NCBI GenBank assembly: GCA_043228905.1
Contig: JBHGNT010000001.1
Coordinates: forward strand, 32,922,001 to 32,986,000
Length of the DNA stretch: 64,000 nt
DNA from: Azolla caroliniana
Lineage: Eukaryota; Plantae; Polypodiophyta
Reading direction: 5' to 3'
Part shown: piece after piece, positions 12,871 through 26,434 of the stretch
How the letters are laid out: the number at the start of each line of letters is the position of its first letter
How positions within the stretch are numbered: position 1 is the first letter of the stretch
Made by a program: the position numbers and the translations under genes
The notes under the pieces: generated by a model
Seen by the model: only the letters and a program-made list of their open reading frames with translations
The model's database searches: none
What the model was told of the DNA's origin: nothing

Positions 12871-13030
12871 CTGATCTGCTAGACGAAGCTTCGCGACCTC
12901 GCTCTGTCTGTCTGTCTGTCTGTCTGTTGTTTTTCTGTCTCTGAAACACACAGAGAAGTGGAACGATGGATGCAGGCCTCGATTCAACAGAGTTGGGAAT
13001 TTTCACTCTCTCTCTCTCTCTCTCTCTCTC
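12871..13030 (-). promoter_or_regulatory. Probable non-coding first exon / TSS region of PP2A-A, with (GACA)n and (GA)n tracts
   Basis: Minus-strand donor CAG|GTATGT at 12870 pairs with acceptor tttcag|G at 10692, just upstream of the ATG. GA-repeat leaders are typical of plant 5' UTRs. The TSS is not determined. Confidence 0.6.
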
Positions 13031-14824
13031 CTTCCAAAACTTTCACGAAATTCCCGAACTACCCTCGCCTCGCCTGCCTCGTGTGTCTGCTTCACAATAT
13101 ATACATATTATGTACGTATGTACATATATGTATGTATATGTATAACAGTATATCATATATGTATATATGTCCTCCCTCTCGTTTTTCAATAGTGCGTGCG
13201 CTATTGAAGAAAACATACACAGAGAGCTGAGCTCTCAGAAGACCATTATGCGTTTTGTCATGGGTTTGGCTTAGAGGGTTCCGCAATAAAAATAACACGA
13301 AAGTTTACTCAACTACCCCTACCCATGTTTTTGAAACATCCACACCATAGGACCATTTTCACCCTCTTCTTGCTGACATGCCCATAGGAAAAAGCAGTTG
13401 CTTGAAAAACGTAAATGGCTTGCCTGTATTTTGCTGCTTCGCCTCATTGACTTCGAGTATGCTTTTGTGATATGGTGCATCGTGAGCTTCTTTCAGAGAT
13501 CTATGGAAGATCACTTGAAGCACTAAGTGAACGCATGCTTCCAATTCTTTGAGTGAAATGAGATGTGGAGACGCATGTGATTGCATTTGATTTTGCCCCC
13601 CCCCCCCACAAGCTTATGAAGAGACTATGTTGATTTTGCTAAGATAGTGTCCTATCAACTAGCTAATGACTTTTCTAGTTTTCATACTTGGAATGGTGAG
13701 TATGAAACCTAAATGATGCAAAAACATTGATTCTCCATGAAAAGGAGACTATGAGCATCGCCCTTTATTACAATGCTCAACCTTCAATTACATCTTAGTT
13801 TGTTTTCACACATTGTCATTTTGATTCCTTTCAAACATCAAGAGTTAATATTCAACTTGACACGTATTATATGATAATATTTCACTTTTGGTTCCATACC
13901 TGAGAATTGCAAACTCACACATTTCTCAAACTACCCTTCTTGTTTCAAAATCTTATATCTCAAATTTCTCAAAAATGTAATCTTTTTTTTTCTCGTAAAT
14001 GTATGTTTATATTAAAACAACATGATAATACAAAAAAACCTTGCTATCAAAACTACGTCAAAGGTAGCGATGTGGCAAGGCAACCTTCTAAGGTGCCGCA
14101 ATACAAAGCGACACAAATGTAACTCGTTTGGGGATAAAGTTCCCATACAACATAACTGTGAAAATTGCCAAATCAACTTTCCTCTTATCCTACATATCTG
14201 TGAGATATCAATAAATAAATAAATCCCTCTCTCCCTTTCAAATCCTTCTTTGTTATTGTATGAATTTACAAGTTATGTCTTGTCAAAATATAGTATTTCA
14301 TGTATGGCAATTAATTTTGATAGTCAATAATGAGAGTACACAAAAAACTCCTTTATACTAAATTTGTTATTGGGAGATATGTTGCTCTTGGTTGTCTAAT
14401 CAAACCAAAGAGTTCATATGGAGTTGGGTTGGAAGGAAATTATTTACACGAGAAGTTTGACCTTGTGACTAATTAATTTCAATAGTCATCATTCATAACA
14501 CATCCAAAGATGCCGCAAATCTAAAAGATTGAGTCTTTAACACTAAGATTATGACTTTACATTGTATTCATGCTCATAAGTTAGTGTCATGTTTTAATTT
14601 TCTCTTTGTTTTAGTCCAATACACTTTCTCAAAGGTAAATTGTTGTATCAAAGGGTGATGACTCATATCTCATGCCATGTTGGCATGTCCCTCATAATAG
14701 TTAAATAGAATCACATTGTTTTATCTTGATGATTTGAGTCTCTCTTTGTCAACAATAGCATATTCAATAAAGATATATCATTTCTTATCTAGAAGATACT
14801 TTCTATTCAAATAAAAATAGTTTT

Positions 14825-15096
14825 TATATACGAAGCATTTCGGTGCATAGATGGTGTTAAGAGAGAGATTTTAGAATAAATAATTCATATAAATCTAATA
14901 TACTTAGTGAGAATCTATTATTACAATTGTGACCATTCCATATGTATTTAATGTGGCTCTATATACGAAGTATTTTGATGCATAGATGGTGTTAAGAGAG
15001 ATATTTCAGAATAAACAATTCATATAAATCTAATATACTTAGCGAGAATCTATTATTACAATTGTCACCATTCCATATGTATTTAATGTGGCTCTA
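14825..15096. repeat. Direct tandem duplication, 2 x 135 bp
   Basis: tatatacgaag...aatgtggctct at 14825 and 14960, with a handful of substitutions. Confidence 0.9.
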
Positions 15097-16280
15097 CAAG
15101 TTCAACAAACGGGGGTGATGTAGAATTGTAAGAGATTTACATGAATGGTAGAGAGATTGATAATATCGCTAAAATTAGACAATTCAAAAATTATTAAGGT
15201 GAACCCTTTAGTTGAAATCATCTATTGCTTCATTTCTCAACTAATGAATAGGTTTTGAAACGCTCCATCGTTTACTCCCAACATATCCACTCTAAGTTCC
15301 AAATGCTTCTATTTATTCTCTTCTTTGTGATTCTCAAAGAACATTTCAAAGTTGCGGCCTACCTAGTCCCTTGACCATTTTGTGGTACATCCCCCTTTTT
15401 TTGCAAGCAAGCTAGATGCTCTTATAAAGTCATTGTTTTTTCCTTCCCTTTTTGGTCTACAAACCAAAGTTAGTTCTAAATATTGTTTTAGTGTGTTGGG
15501 TGGGCTACACTTGGTTAATGACGTGGGATCCATGTGACCATGTGTTTTGCACTATTCATGTAGTCCCACCGTGCTTGTCACTAGTTGAAATCCTTCGAGG
15601 CATTTCTAATAAAGCCTTGAATGCCAACGTTCTAAAACGAACCTTAGTCCTAATATCTCAATCTTATCTTAGTTAGGCTCCCCCAAATTGTGCAAAGCCA
15701 TCAACTCTTAAATATCCAACATATCCACCAAGTCTTGGAATCCTCTTTGAGTTTTTCTCGTGTATGATAACATGGCTACAAAATTTCAAATTTCAAATTT
15801 GCTCCATTTCGATCATTCGGTCTTTGAATACTTGTTTTCATAAGGCCAACATTTTTTTGAGGTAGAAAGATATATTAACGTCTTCTAAGGCCAAATTTGG
15901 CCCATGAGACAAATGGTTTACAACAAAAAATGGGATATTTACCCATTAATCGAGAGTAATAAATAAATAAAAATAAGATAAAATAGAGTTTAAGCTAAAT
16001 AGTTTTAGTAAAATAACAAACATGTTCTATATAAAAATCATGTTCTACAATGAAAATGTTATACTAGGCCTAATTTCATTTCCATCCAACTCACTTGAAG
16101 AGAAGTGGGACATCAAAGGGGTTGCGATGTGGATGTGGCCCGTGATGTCAATGTAAAAGGTACCCCAACCATAGCTTCTAGTCGACATAGCTCACGTTCC
16201 CTTATCTTCTTAATCTTTTTTACTCCACGTCAACTTGTTTTGAAGCTCAACATCCGAGGGCATTTAGTTGTTCTTTCCAT

Positions 16281-18630
16281 TTATGCTTCCTCAAGAGAGA
16301 GGCCGAGCGACATAAGTGTATCCACATACATCATCTCCCCTTGTTCCTGAAAATTTACACTAGTTACATGTTGATGAATAGTAAAAGGGTTATGGTTAAC
16401 ACTTTGTAATTTATTCTCCCTATGTTGTTTTAGCTCTAAAATATACCTGCCTAGTCTCTTTACACTCGGGGTATCTAATAGTTTGGAGAGGGTCCTAATA
16501 TGTCTTGGTATTCCGATCGTATCTCTGCATAAATTGGGCACTTGCATGTGAAGTGATGCTCATCCTCTATCTCTATGTGGCATAACCTACATAGCCTTTC
16601 CTCTCTACAGACTCTATTAGCCCGACCATTCTCAATCTCAAGTTGGTGAGATGATATCCTAAGTTGTCCAATGGCCACCCTTAGTGCATTTGATAAGAAT
16701 GTATCTAGATATCTTGGTCGTGTAATAAAACCTAACTTACAAAAGTGCAAGAAGTGTTCCTTATGGTACAACATTTTAGATGGGAGTGGCTCTCGTGGGG
16801 TGATCCATTTATATCGAGTGTAAATTTGCCATATTTCTTGGCGTACCACTTTATTACTATCTTCATGAGAGAGAGTTTGATCAGTCCCATGGTTGTACTT
16901 AAGGGGGGGTAGGTTATTAATATCTATGTCGTTTGCAAGTAACCAACTCACCACAGTGCTATACCAAGAGCTAGTGTCTCCAGACGCATGTAAGGATCGG
17001 GATGCCTCAAAGGCTCGATGGGATACCCTATCTCGTGGTTGGCTATGTATCTGATGAATAAAAACTACCCCTTGAAAGAGTGCTTCTACTAACATTAGGG
17101 GTAGACTGAACTTTGCTCTAATAATGTCATGTGATATTGTCGATTTGCTTTGAAGTTGACGTGATAACATCGTCACCAAAGGTCTCTCTAATTGCGTCCA
17201 CATGAAAGATGGTAGACCCGGAGCCCATACTATTGATGCATACATGAGGCAAGGGGTCACTAATGAGTCGAAGAGCCATTCCTTGGTCCATGGCTCTTGA
17301 AAGTATGCATGGTGGCATTGTCTCTCTAAGAGTGAGAGGGATGCATACCCTCTCGTTAGCCTATCTTTGGTTGCCTAGGTCATTGAGAATTTACCTCAGC
17401 GAGCACTAAAAGTGACTCCCAAGTATACATATGATCCAACTACCTCAACTAGTTTATGAGAGAGGGTTAGGTGACATTTAGTCCTAACTCGGGACGATGT
17501 ATGAAAGATAAGGACTTTAGTTTTCGCTAGATTCACTACCAGTTCTTGTTGTGTACAAAAGTCATCTAGGGCATTAAGATGCTTTTGTAGGTCGTGTTCT
17601 GACTCTGAGAGGAGGACAATGTCGTCAGCGTAAAGTAAGAGGCTAACTTGCATATCCCCAATAACTACTCCCTTGCCTCCCTTACGAGCAATAAATTCCG
17701 TGATCTCATCAATGTAGATCCCAAAAAGAGTCGGTGATAGGGGGCAACCTTGTTTCACACCAATGGTGCTAGTGAAACAATCATATAGGCCACTTGGGCA
17801 TCTTACACACCTAGAGACTTGCTCATATAGGGCATAAAATGGCCCATATCATGTCATTTGGTATCTCCAAGCTCTTAAGTCTATCAAAAAACCTCTCCCT
17901 ATGAACTGTGTCAAAGGCTCTGTGAAAGTCCACAAAACAACAATATAGTTTCTTCTTACAAGCCTTGGTCTGGTCAATTAAGCACTTAAGTGTGAAGATA
18001 TGGTCAATGGTGGACAATGCTCGTCTAAAGCCAACCTGCTCAGGTGCTCGAAGACTTAATGTTTCCATATAATCGTTGAGCTCCGCTTCCATTACTGCAC
18101 CATATAGTTTAGCGAGCGAATGACCTATCATAATGGTCCTATATGTATTTGGGTCCATTGGGTCCCCTCCTTTATGTATAGGGGCCATTGTGTTCATGGC
18201 CCATTGTGGTGGAAAACCCTCGACGAGGGCGCGATTGAAGATTAGAGCGAGAAAGGGGGCTAAGCACTCTTGAGCATATATGGTGTGCTCGGCTCACAAT
18301 CCCGTGTGGTCTATGGATTTCCTATGTTGTAATTTTTTTATGACCTTGGTGACCATAGAGGTCGTGAAAAGTGTCCCCATGGTAGGTCGAGGTGTGGAAT
18401 GCATTGGAATGGGTGGTTCGTTGGGGACATGGTAGAGTCTCTCGATATATGTGTGCCAAATATTGGGATCCTCGATGGGTGTTTGTGGTTTCGGTTCCCG
18501 TAGTCTCTTCCATGCAAGGGCGCAGTCCCTACTCATGAGCATATGGTAGAGTTCCTAATATTGAGATGCTTCCCAATCTTGTCTTTTACGACATGTCATC
18601 TTGCGAATCTCTTTGTGAGCTTGAGAGGCT
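16281..18630 (-). mobile_element. 5'-truncated, frameshifted non-LTR retrotransposon (LINE ORF2: RT plus C-terminal CCHC domain), RTEX/RTE-like
   Basis: Collinear minus-strand ORF pieces: PIHKGGDPMDPNTYRTI, QVGFRRALSTIDHIFTL, LYCCFVDFHRAFDTV, KQGCPLSPTLFGIYID, LLYADDIVL, YVYLGV, and RISSHQLEIENGR...ERLCRLCHIEIEDEHHFTCKCPIYAEIR. Several stops and frameshifts; no endonuclease domain visible; ends approximate. Confidence 0.92.
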
Positions 18631-19421
18631 AAGATGCTCACCACAATATTCATGCTTAACTTGTGTGTGCGTGAGAGAGAGAAGTGAGATGTCAGAGTAT
18701 TTTAAGAGCGAGATTAAATCATGAGGTATTTTCTCAGATTTAAGAACAACAAACCAAAACAAATATAATGGAATTAGTAAACCAACCTACTACAATAGGG
18801 ATTCTCACTAGCTAAGCACGAAGCATTCAAACCTTAAAATGCACTAAAAATTCTCCCACCAAAAGATCTCGAAATGTTTCGTAACTCTTATTATTACCAT
18901 AGAAGATTTAAAGATGTTAGGAGATCACGAACAATTATAACTTTTCTTTCATGAGTGCCATGCTTTGACATTACTATGGTTTTCAGTGGCAACTTGATGA
19001 AGCTCATACTTGGCGAGGGATAAAATCAACCCTGGATAGACCCCTAATGTGCAACAAACTTGCATAGTTAAGAACATGGAACATTTGTGAGTTAAGGCTA
19101 ATGCAACAAGTGTATCGAGATGGTTCACAGGGGCATCTGGTTCCACATTCTCGTCTTTAGATAATTGCAACAACTTACGCTAAATTTCCAATTGTATTTT
19201 TTTTGAAGATTTGGGTTACCCGAAGAAACTCCTCATAAATCCAAGGATAAGAGGGAAATTAGTGTTATTTAAAATTGCATTACATATTTGTGATTTTGTG
19301 AGCAGAAGAGAAAGAAGGGCATTTGGGGGATTCTAAAAAATGTGGGAGTCTGGAGAGGAGGAGAAGGGGAAGGGTAGTTTTGAGATTTAGGAGACTTCTG
19401 AGGGATGGAAGGTGAGAGAAG

Positions 19422-19613
19422 ATGAAGAGAGTGGGTTTAGGAGAGTTGAGGAGAGTTGTGGTGGAGGAGAAGAAGAGGCTACTGGGCTTCGATGTGGGCC
19501 TCAAATATCTGGGCATCTCTGTTTCTGATCAACGCTGCCGCATCGCCATACCCCTCAGGTATCCTCTTCTTCTTCTTCTTCTTCTTCTTCAACTGATCGT
19601 GGTCCAAATCTTT

Positions 19614-19694
<81 letters not shown>

Positions 19695-21358
19695 CTCATT
19701 CCCATTTCAAAAGCATTTGCATCTAGTTTTATTCGTTCTTTCTGTTTTTTACATCTCATTGTGTTATTTGGGTTGTCTATATTGTTAATTGTTTAGATCA
19801 CATAAAATGGAGTTTTTTTTTTTTTTTGCAGCGTTCTTAATTAATCTTCTTTTATTTTCGTTTGGGTTCTTATTTTGGCATATTAATTTCTCGGGAAAAT
19901 AAAAATGATATTTTATGTCTTTATTATCGTTAAGTTCATTTTTGGGCTTTTTTTGCAGTGTTCTTACGCTGAAGCAGTCTTCTTTTATGCGTAATGTTGA
20001 AAATCTGGTAGCTTTAGTATGTATCTCCAGGCCTTCCTCGTTGTCTCTCTCCATTTAATTATATTTATTGACTTTTTAGTTAAAATAAATAAGTTTTATG
20101 GAAAATTTTAAATCGACTTAAAGTTCATGGGAACATTACAGTTAAAATGATCACGTTTGAGGGATAATCTTAATTTGAGTTAAGTGAATAACCATATATG
20201 AGGCCATAAATAGAGAGAACTGAATCAAATTGAAGCCTAAGACTAAGGTTTTGCATGGAACTTTGTGTAGACAAAGGAGTACAATACTGCAGGCTTTGTG
20301 ATTGGTTACCCATTAAATATATCGGGATCGCGAAGCGCACAGGTAAAATGTAGCATTTTCTTATCATTGTCGGTTTTCTTATCCGTAATAACATTTTCTG
20401 GCATGGCTTTATTTATCCACATTGACATTTTAATTATTTTGCATGGATTTGCTAATCATATGACATTTTTTTTGCTTATCATGGATTTTGTTTGATCCAC
20501 ATTGACATTTTGTGGATTCAAATGTTTAAGCTTATGTTTTATATATCTTGCAGACAGTTAAAGTAGACGATTTTGTGAAAGGGCTTCAAAAATCTAAGAA
20601 GTTTGATGATATGCTCTACTTTTGCCAGGACGAACGGTTTACATCCCGGGTAAGATGATTTTTTGTTTTTTGTTTTTTAAAACATTTCATGTAAGAGGCA
20701 CATGTCCCACTACATAATAATGTCTCATACCAGTTTTTGCAATTAATTTAAATTTGAATAGATTTATGGTAAATTTTGGTCCATATTAAACCTTTTGTGT
20801 CGTACCATTTTTTCATTTTCTGTCCACTAAACCTTTAAAACCTAGGATTTATCATGAATATTAATCAAAATCAAGTTTACGTCCTTCCTGAGGTAGAAAA
20901 TTAAATATTTTTCTGATTTTATGTTAGCTATATTATTGTGGTTAGAGTTTGTAACAACATTTTCTTTATACTGTTAAAATTTTATATCCTGCATTTGGTG
21001 GTGTCCGGAGACTAGAATTTAATAAAAATCTTATTTTTCTCCTCAATGATGTCACTATAAGATTATTAGCAGGCTGGGAAACATTCTATTTTCATATCCT
21101 AAAATTGAGCTTCCTGCAGCTTGTTGAGCGTGTGCTGATGGGTTACAAGTTTGGTCCTTGTGAACATAAAGCTATTGTTGATAAATTCTCAGCAGTCAAC
21201 ATTCTCCAAGCAAGTAGTATCATAAAATTTCTGTTTACTGATAAAAACATCAGAACCAAAGTATTTAAACTGTCTGTATTGCTTCTTATGGTTAGTTAAT
21301 TTTATTATTGCAGGCTTGTTTAGATAAGCTTTCTCTAAGTTGCTATCATGACAATTAG
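19422..21358 (+). CDS. YqgF/RuvX-like (putative pre-16S rRNA nuclease / Holliday-junction-resolvase-like, RNase H fold) protein, about 165 aa
   Basis: Exons 19422-19558, 19959-20016, 20271-20342, 20554-20649, 21120-21209, 21314-21358 (498 nt, in frame; the last intron is GC-AG). Motifs RLLGFDVGLKYLGISVSD, GFVIGYPL, DERFTS and VDKFSAVNILQACLD match the YqgF family. Confidence 0.9.
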
Positions 21359-21629
21359 CTGAGGCGCCCTTGAAAAGAGGTGCAAAATAAGAGGGCTTTG
21401 GATGCTACTACATTTGTACGCCACTCTTTTTTTTTATGCGCCAATCGTATGTGTTCTACCCAGGAAGTTGAACACAAACCCATTAGCTTGTGGACAGCCA
21501 TATGTTTGGAATACTTTGTCACTCATTATGCACCAGTATCTTAGAAGCTCCTGTGCATAATACGGATGCTTCAAGATTCTCTATTAAGGGAAAAGCTGTA
21601 AAGAAATTATCCAATCTGATAGAACTAAT

Positions 21630-21840
21630 GGTGACTACTTATTATATGACCCAATGCTCTTGCTGAGACTGAGAATTCCATAGGGATCATGCAGTAACTT
21701 GAAGGGTGTGATATCATTAGTCACAACTACTGGTGACTATTTTTTATGCACATAATGCTCTTGCTGAGACCGAGAATTGCATAGGGATCACATATTCCAG
21801 TCCATGCAGTAATTTGAAGGGTGCGATCCCATTAGGCACC
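21630..21840. repeat. Diverged tandem duplication of about 100-115 bp downstream of the YqgF-like gene
   Basis: ggtgacta...aatgctcttgctgagac.gagaatt.catagggatca...tgcagtaa.ttgaagggtg occurs twice; the second copy has a short insertion. Confidence 0.8.
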
Positions 21841-23894
21841 TCATAAAATATACTTAGTGCAGCTGTAATGTAATGTGGTGTTGCTGTCGGCACACGACAG
21901 CTAATATGAAATGTCTTCTGTCTTAAAACCTTATGACATTGAGATGTATTGCTATTGAAATATTTGAAATTAAAATAATCAAATGATCATAACATTGGAT
22001 GGCATCAATTCAGCAACATGTACATTTTAAAATCCAACTACATGAATGAAACATTCCTTATTTTCCATGAACATGCAATGCATAATATCTACTTGTTCTA
22101 TATTAAGAACGTCCATATCAATGGCGATTCCTCAATATGCAATGTGCTTTTCATGAAGTGTGCAGAGTGTTATGATTGTTAGATTGCAAAAATTGTTATT
22201 ACTTACTATCTTGTAGTTTTGTATCTCACAAATTTAGAATTATGAGAATATATATCATGGAAGACATCATGTTCTTTTGGTGCTGGTGTTCTTCGAATAT
22301 CGCTCCTTAACATCTGAATTGGTGGGGGAAATTGTTTTCAGGTTATACTGATGGTTGTAGCCTTCATTGATCTTCTCATTAAGTTGTTTAGCTAGATTCG
22401 CAATCTAGTATCCACAAAGTGTGTTAGTAAACTTGTTTGTCACATAGGTAAAGATAAAAGTACATATATGGTATAAATCTCAATTATATTAAAGAAGCCT
22501 GAATGCAATATTTAAAAGATTTTTCAACAAGATATTGGAACTTGTCCTCATGCATTAGAAGGGTACAGTAATGGTTCCTTACTCAAATCTTGAAAGTTCT
22601 TTTGTCTCTCTAGCTTTTTAGGAACCTTGAGTTCTATGGATGTTTCTCTCCCAGAATCCCTTTATGTTTGTTATGTCTCTTATGACATTTATGGGCATAT
22701 TTGGAATGTTTTTCAATGGTTAAAATCTTTGCATATTGTATGGCTTTAGGGTTTATAATGTAATGCTAAATTAAAAGTGGGGGTGATTGCAAATGATATG
22801 AATATGATCAATGAAGTATTTTTCTTGAGTAATCTTATAGAGCTTGTTGTGACACTACACGGGCATGATGCCATTGTATTATTTTAGTATGAAAAGGATT
22901 CGTTGTATTGTTATTAATCAGATTGATGTGATTGTTTAAAAGAATAAAGTATATAGAAGTATATTGGTTACGGTGTGTGAATATTATCCCTATTTTGTTT
23001 ACAACGACAAAAAGGTATTTTCAAGGAGGTTTAATGTTATGACATAAACATTAGTATATGTGAGTAGATGAGTTGGAGAACTTTTCCAGCCTAGGGTTCA
23101 AGCAAGCCTTGGGGGCTAGCTATAGAAGGTGGAGGTTGGGAATGAATATCTCTCAAATCTATTTTCCTTATGACCTAGCATTGGTATATTATGCCATGAG
23201 TCCTAGCATTGGCATACAAATCTAAACGTGTCCTTGCAAAACAAATGATGCAAAAATGAAAATTTCTTATTTTTGTGGGCAAAGAAGGTTTCTATGAAAA
23301 GCCATCAAGGTAATAATCATAACACATACTTAAAGAAGGAAGCAAGTCCAGGGGACAATTTGATCGTGGTACGAAATGAAACGATGCCCTTGGGTCTATC
23401 TCAAGGGATGATTCCAATTGAATCTTGGTCTCAAGGGGGGGATGATTCCATTGAATCTTGGTCTCGAGGGGGGTGATTTCATGATGATTCAACATGAAGT
23501 TATAACCGAAACTACGAAAACTGATTGATGGATATGAAGGAACAATAATGGCCTAGGTGCCCTTGACCGTGGGCAGGGGTTACAATCGGGTACTATGAAT
23601 AGAATGAACACACTACACACTACACACTACACACACACACACACGGCCTTACAAGGATTTCCTAGAGCGACAACTAAGTTTATTAACTACCCTAGTTATT
23701 TATAGCAGAGATAGATAGATATAGAGATAGAGATAGAGTTATTTAGCATAGATAGATAGATAGATAGATAGATAGATGTGGAGGTCATCATGTGAGTGAA
23801 CCACCAACAAACATGTTCTTCTTCTTCTTCTTCTTCTTCTTCTTCTTCTGTTTCTTCTGAGGAGGAGATATGGAGAGAGACTGAGTAGACTCAC

Positions 23895-24428
23895 TTGGGT
23901 GAGGAGGAGGCTGCGCTGGCCCTGCAGAGCCTCGTAGCTCTCTCTCAGGGCGGTGAAGTCCATCTCCAGCTGCTTCGCCTTGGAGCGCGCACGCCTGTTC
24001 TGGTACCATATCGCCACCTGCCGCTCGTCCAGCCCCAGCTCTCGTGCCAGCCTCGCCTTCTTTCCCGAATCCAACGCACGCTTCTCCACGAAGCTCTTCT
24101 CCAATCCCGATGCTTGATCCTCGCTCAGCTTCCTCTTCTTCGTATTACTACTAAAACTGATCAAGCCGGTGGTAGCGATGGATGTCTCGTTAAATGTATG
24201 GTTATGGTTATGGTTATGGTTATGGTGATGATTATTCTGAGCCTGAGGAGGGCCAGGCTGTTTCACAAATTGATGATCTTCGTGGATTGATGAGAAGGAG
24301 GAGGAAGAGTTGCTGCTTGTCAGAAATTGGCTGCTATTATATTCTGGAATCTGTAGATCTGGAGACAGTAGAGTGGAGGTATTATTAAGGAGCCCATGAC
24401 CAAGCTGATTGCTGCATTCCATCAGCAT
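23895..24428 (-). CDS. HD-Zip class I homeobox-leucine zipper transcription factor, exon carrying the homeodomain and start of the zipper; last exon uncertain
   Basis: KKRKLSEDQASGLEKSF...LARELGLDERQVAIWYQNRRARSKAKQLEMDFTALRESYEALQGQRSLLLTQ, then donor CAA|GTGAGT at 23894. The N-terminus has poly-Ser and (HN)n tracts (from (ATGGTT)n). One candidate last exon is 23552-23292. Confidence 0.9.
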
Positions 24429-25098
24429 ATCATTTTTTTTTCCCCCAGATAAGCCTCACATGATTCTATTATGTTACAAATACAGTATGTATAAATTTTG
24501 ATTGATACTGATCATTGGTAGTATTTGCTGAGATTGCCTATGAATTCATATAGTGTAGTCAAAGTGATACATGATTAATAATTAGCTATTATTATAAACA
24601 AGGCTGGTATTTGTTGAGATTGTGGCCTATCAATTCATATTGTAGTCAAGTGATATGGTCAATAATTGGTTATGCAAGACTATGTAGAGGTTGATGATGA
24701 TGAGATTAAAGACTATAATATACTATGCATGCACATAGAACTATTTGTGTTTTGCAACCAATGTTATGTGAATGAATATATTAGGGACCTACTTTTGATA
24801 TTTTCTTCTCCAAGTCTTCACATGTCAATGTAGTGTGGTGTAGTATAGTCTTCACACACCTTGCTTATCTATTCATCTCCATTTTATCACTTTCCTAACC
24901 CCGAATGCTCCTCCCCTCCCGCGCGGTTCCATGACAACACACTTTTTAACTTACTCAGTTTATGTGGATCGATAAGGAGCAAAAAAAGAAAAAACTGAAA
25001 AGAAAAAGAGAAACCCAGAGACACCTCATGTGTTGGTTTGCACATTCGGTTATACACGTGAATGTGGCTCTAGTGTGGGACATGTTTGGTTGTAAGGT

Positions 25099-25141
<43 letters not shown>

Positions 25142-26370
25142 CCCTAGTTTGCTAGTGGCATCATTGACACGTAAACTTACCAAGTATGAGTTTGTGCATG
25201 GGAACATGCCATTGTGGACATGATAGTACGAAAACTATGTATGTTTTTGTACATATATGTATTGCGTACATGCCTATGCAACAAGCTAAAAGTTGTAAAC
25301 ACATCATTTTGAATAAAACATTTAAATTGCATATCATTATGACTTCAAGATCCTAACTTACATGGATCCAATTTGTCTATAACCTCCGATTAATTTTGAG
25401 ACCCACAACAATTATGTTTAGATACTAGAATTCCTCATTTATGTTGTGAGAGGGTTTATATAAATACCTTATCTAATTTTGTTGTCCCTTTAGAGAAGAC
25501 GTTGCATACGCACGCACATGCTTGCGTAACTGTCATGACTCATAACTAATGTTGTCGTGCAATGTGTTTTGAGTGTTACACCATACCAACCAAGCTTTTC
25601 ATCTTGTGCTAATGAGGTTGTGTGAGTCATGTAAATAATGGATGTGATACTCTAACCCATTAACCACACACAAACACCGCGGTTCTACTACATTTGCACT
25701 GAAGATCATACTCTTTCACATGAGATTCTAATTGGGTAATGTGTGAGACTATTGAAGAGAAAATTGAACTTAGGAGTGTTTGTACCATACATGATATTGC
25801 ACCATGTTCCTAATTAGGCAATCCAATATAATTGCACTTATGTATATAAAGGATGCCTCCTCAACCCAATGGCACACACATGCACACATACGTGTATATG
25901 TGAAACATATGATCCATGTGTGTTTGTCAATTTTCTTGAGCCCATAGATGTATTGCAAAAGGTAAATATGAAAAAATATATTGATAGGAACCCTCATGTG
26001 GCCATTATGAAGGAGTTTTGATTTGCCTTTTGTAAAATTGTGTATATTTCTCTACATAAAACTAGGTTTGTTGAGTTTTTCACATGCATCAAAATCACAT
26101 TAAATAATATAGGTACTTTGAATAATATAGGTGAAGATTTCTACAAAGAATGTTTTCATTTGTTGAAAATAAGGTTGTAATTCATGGACACACGTGCTTA
26201 TAGCCATGCATTGAACATTGTTATGTTTGAACAACCAATTGAAGATTTGCTACATGGTAGACTAAGGGCTTTTATAAACATTGGATCATGCCTATAATCT
26301 AAATATAATTTGATGCAAGCCTAAAATTTTAGCTCTAATTCTTGAGGTTTAACGTGATTAATAAACTTAA

Positions 26371-26434
26371 TTTAAGTTAATTCGAAAATATGTTTAAGTT
26401 AATTCGAAAATATGTTTAAGTTAATTCGAAAATA
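26371..26434. repeat. 22-bp minisatellite, about 3 copies
   Basis: tttaagttaattcgaaaatatg at 26371, 26393 and 26415 (last copy partial). Confidence 0.9.

Noticed and set aside
18949-19173. 74-aa ORF with faint resemblance to a copia RT motif (APV..LDTL.ALAL)
   Set aside because: Similarity is too weak and no neighbouring RT motifs are present.
19565-19692. Poly-Leu/HT/LS tail of the 124-aa ORF and similar SLSL/ERER ORFs at about 12.9-13.2, 25.1, 36.7 and 46.1 kb
   Set aside because: Translations of intronic or UTR microsatellites ((CTT)n, (CA)n, (CT)n, (TA)n).
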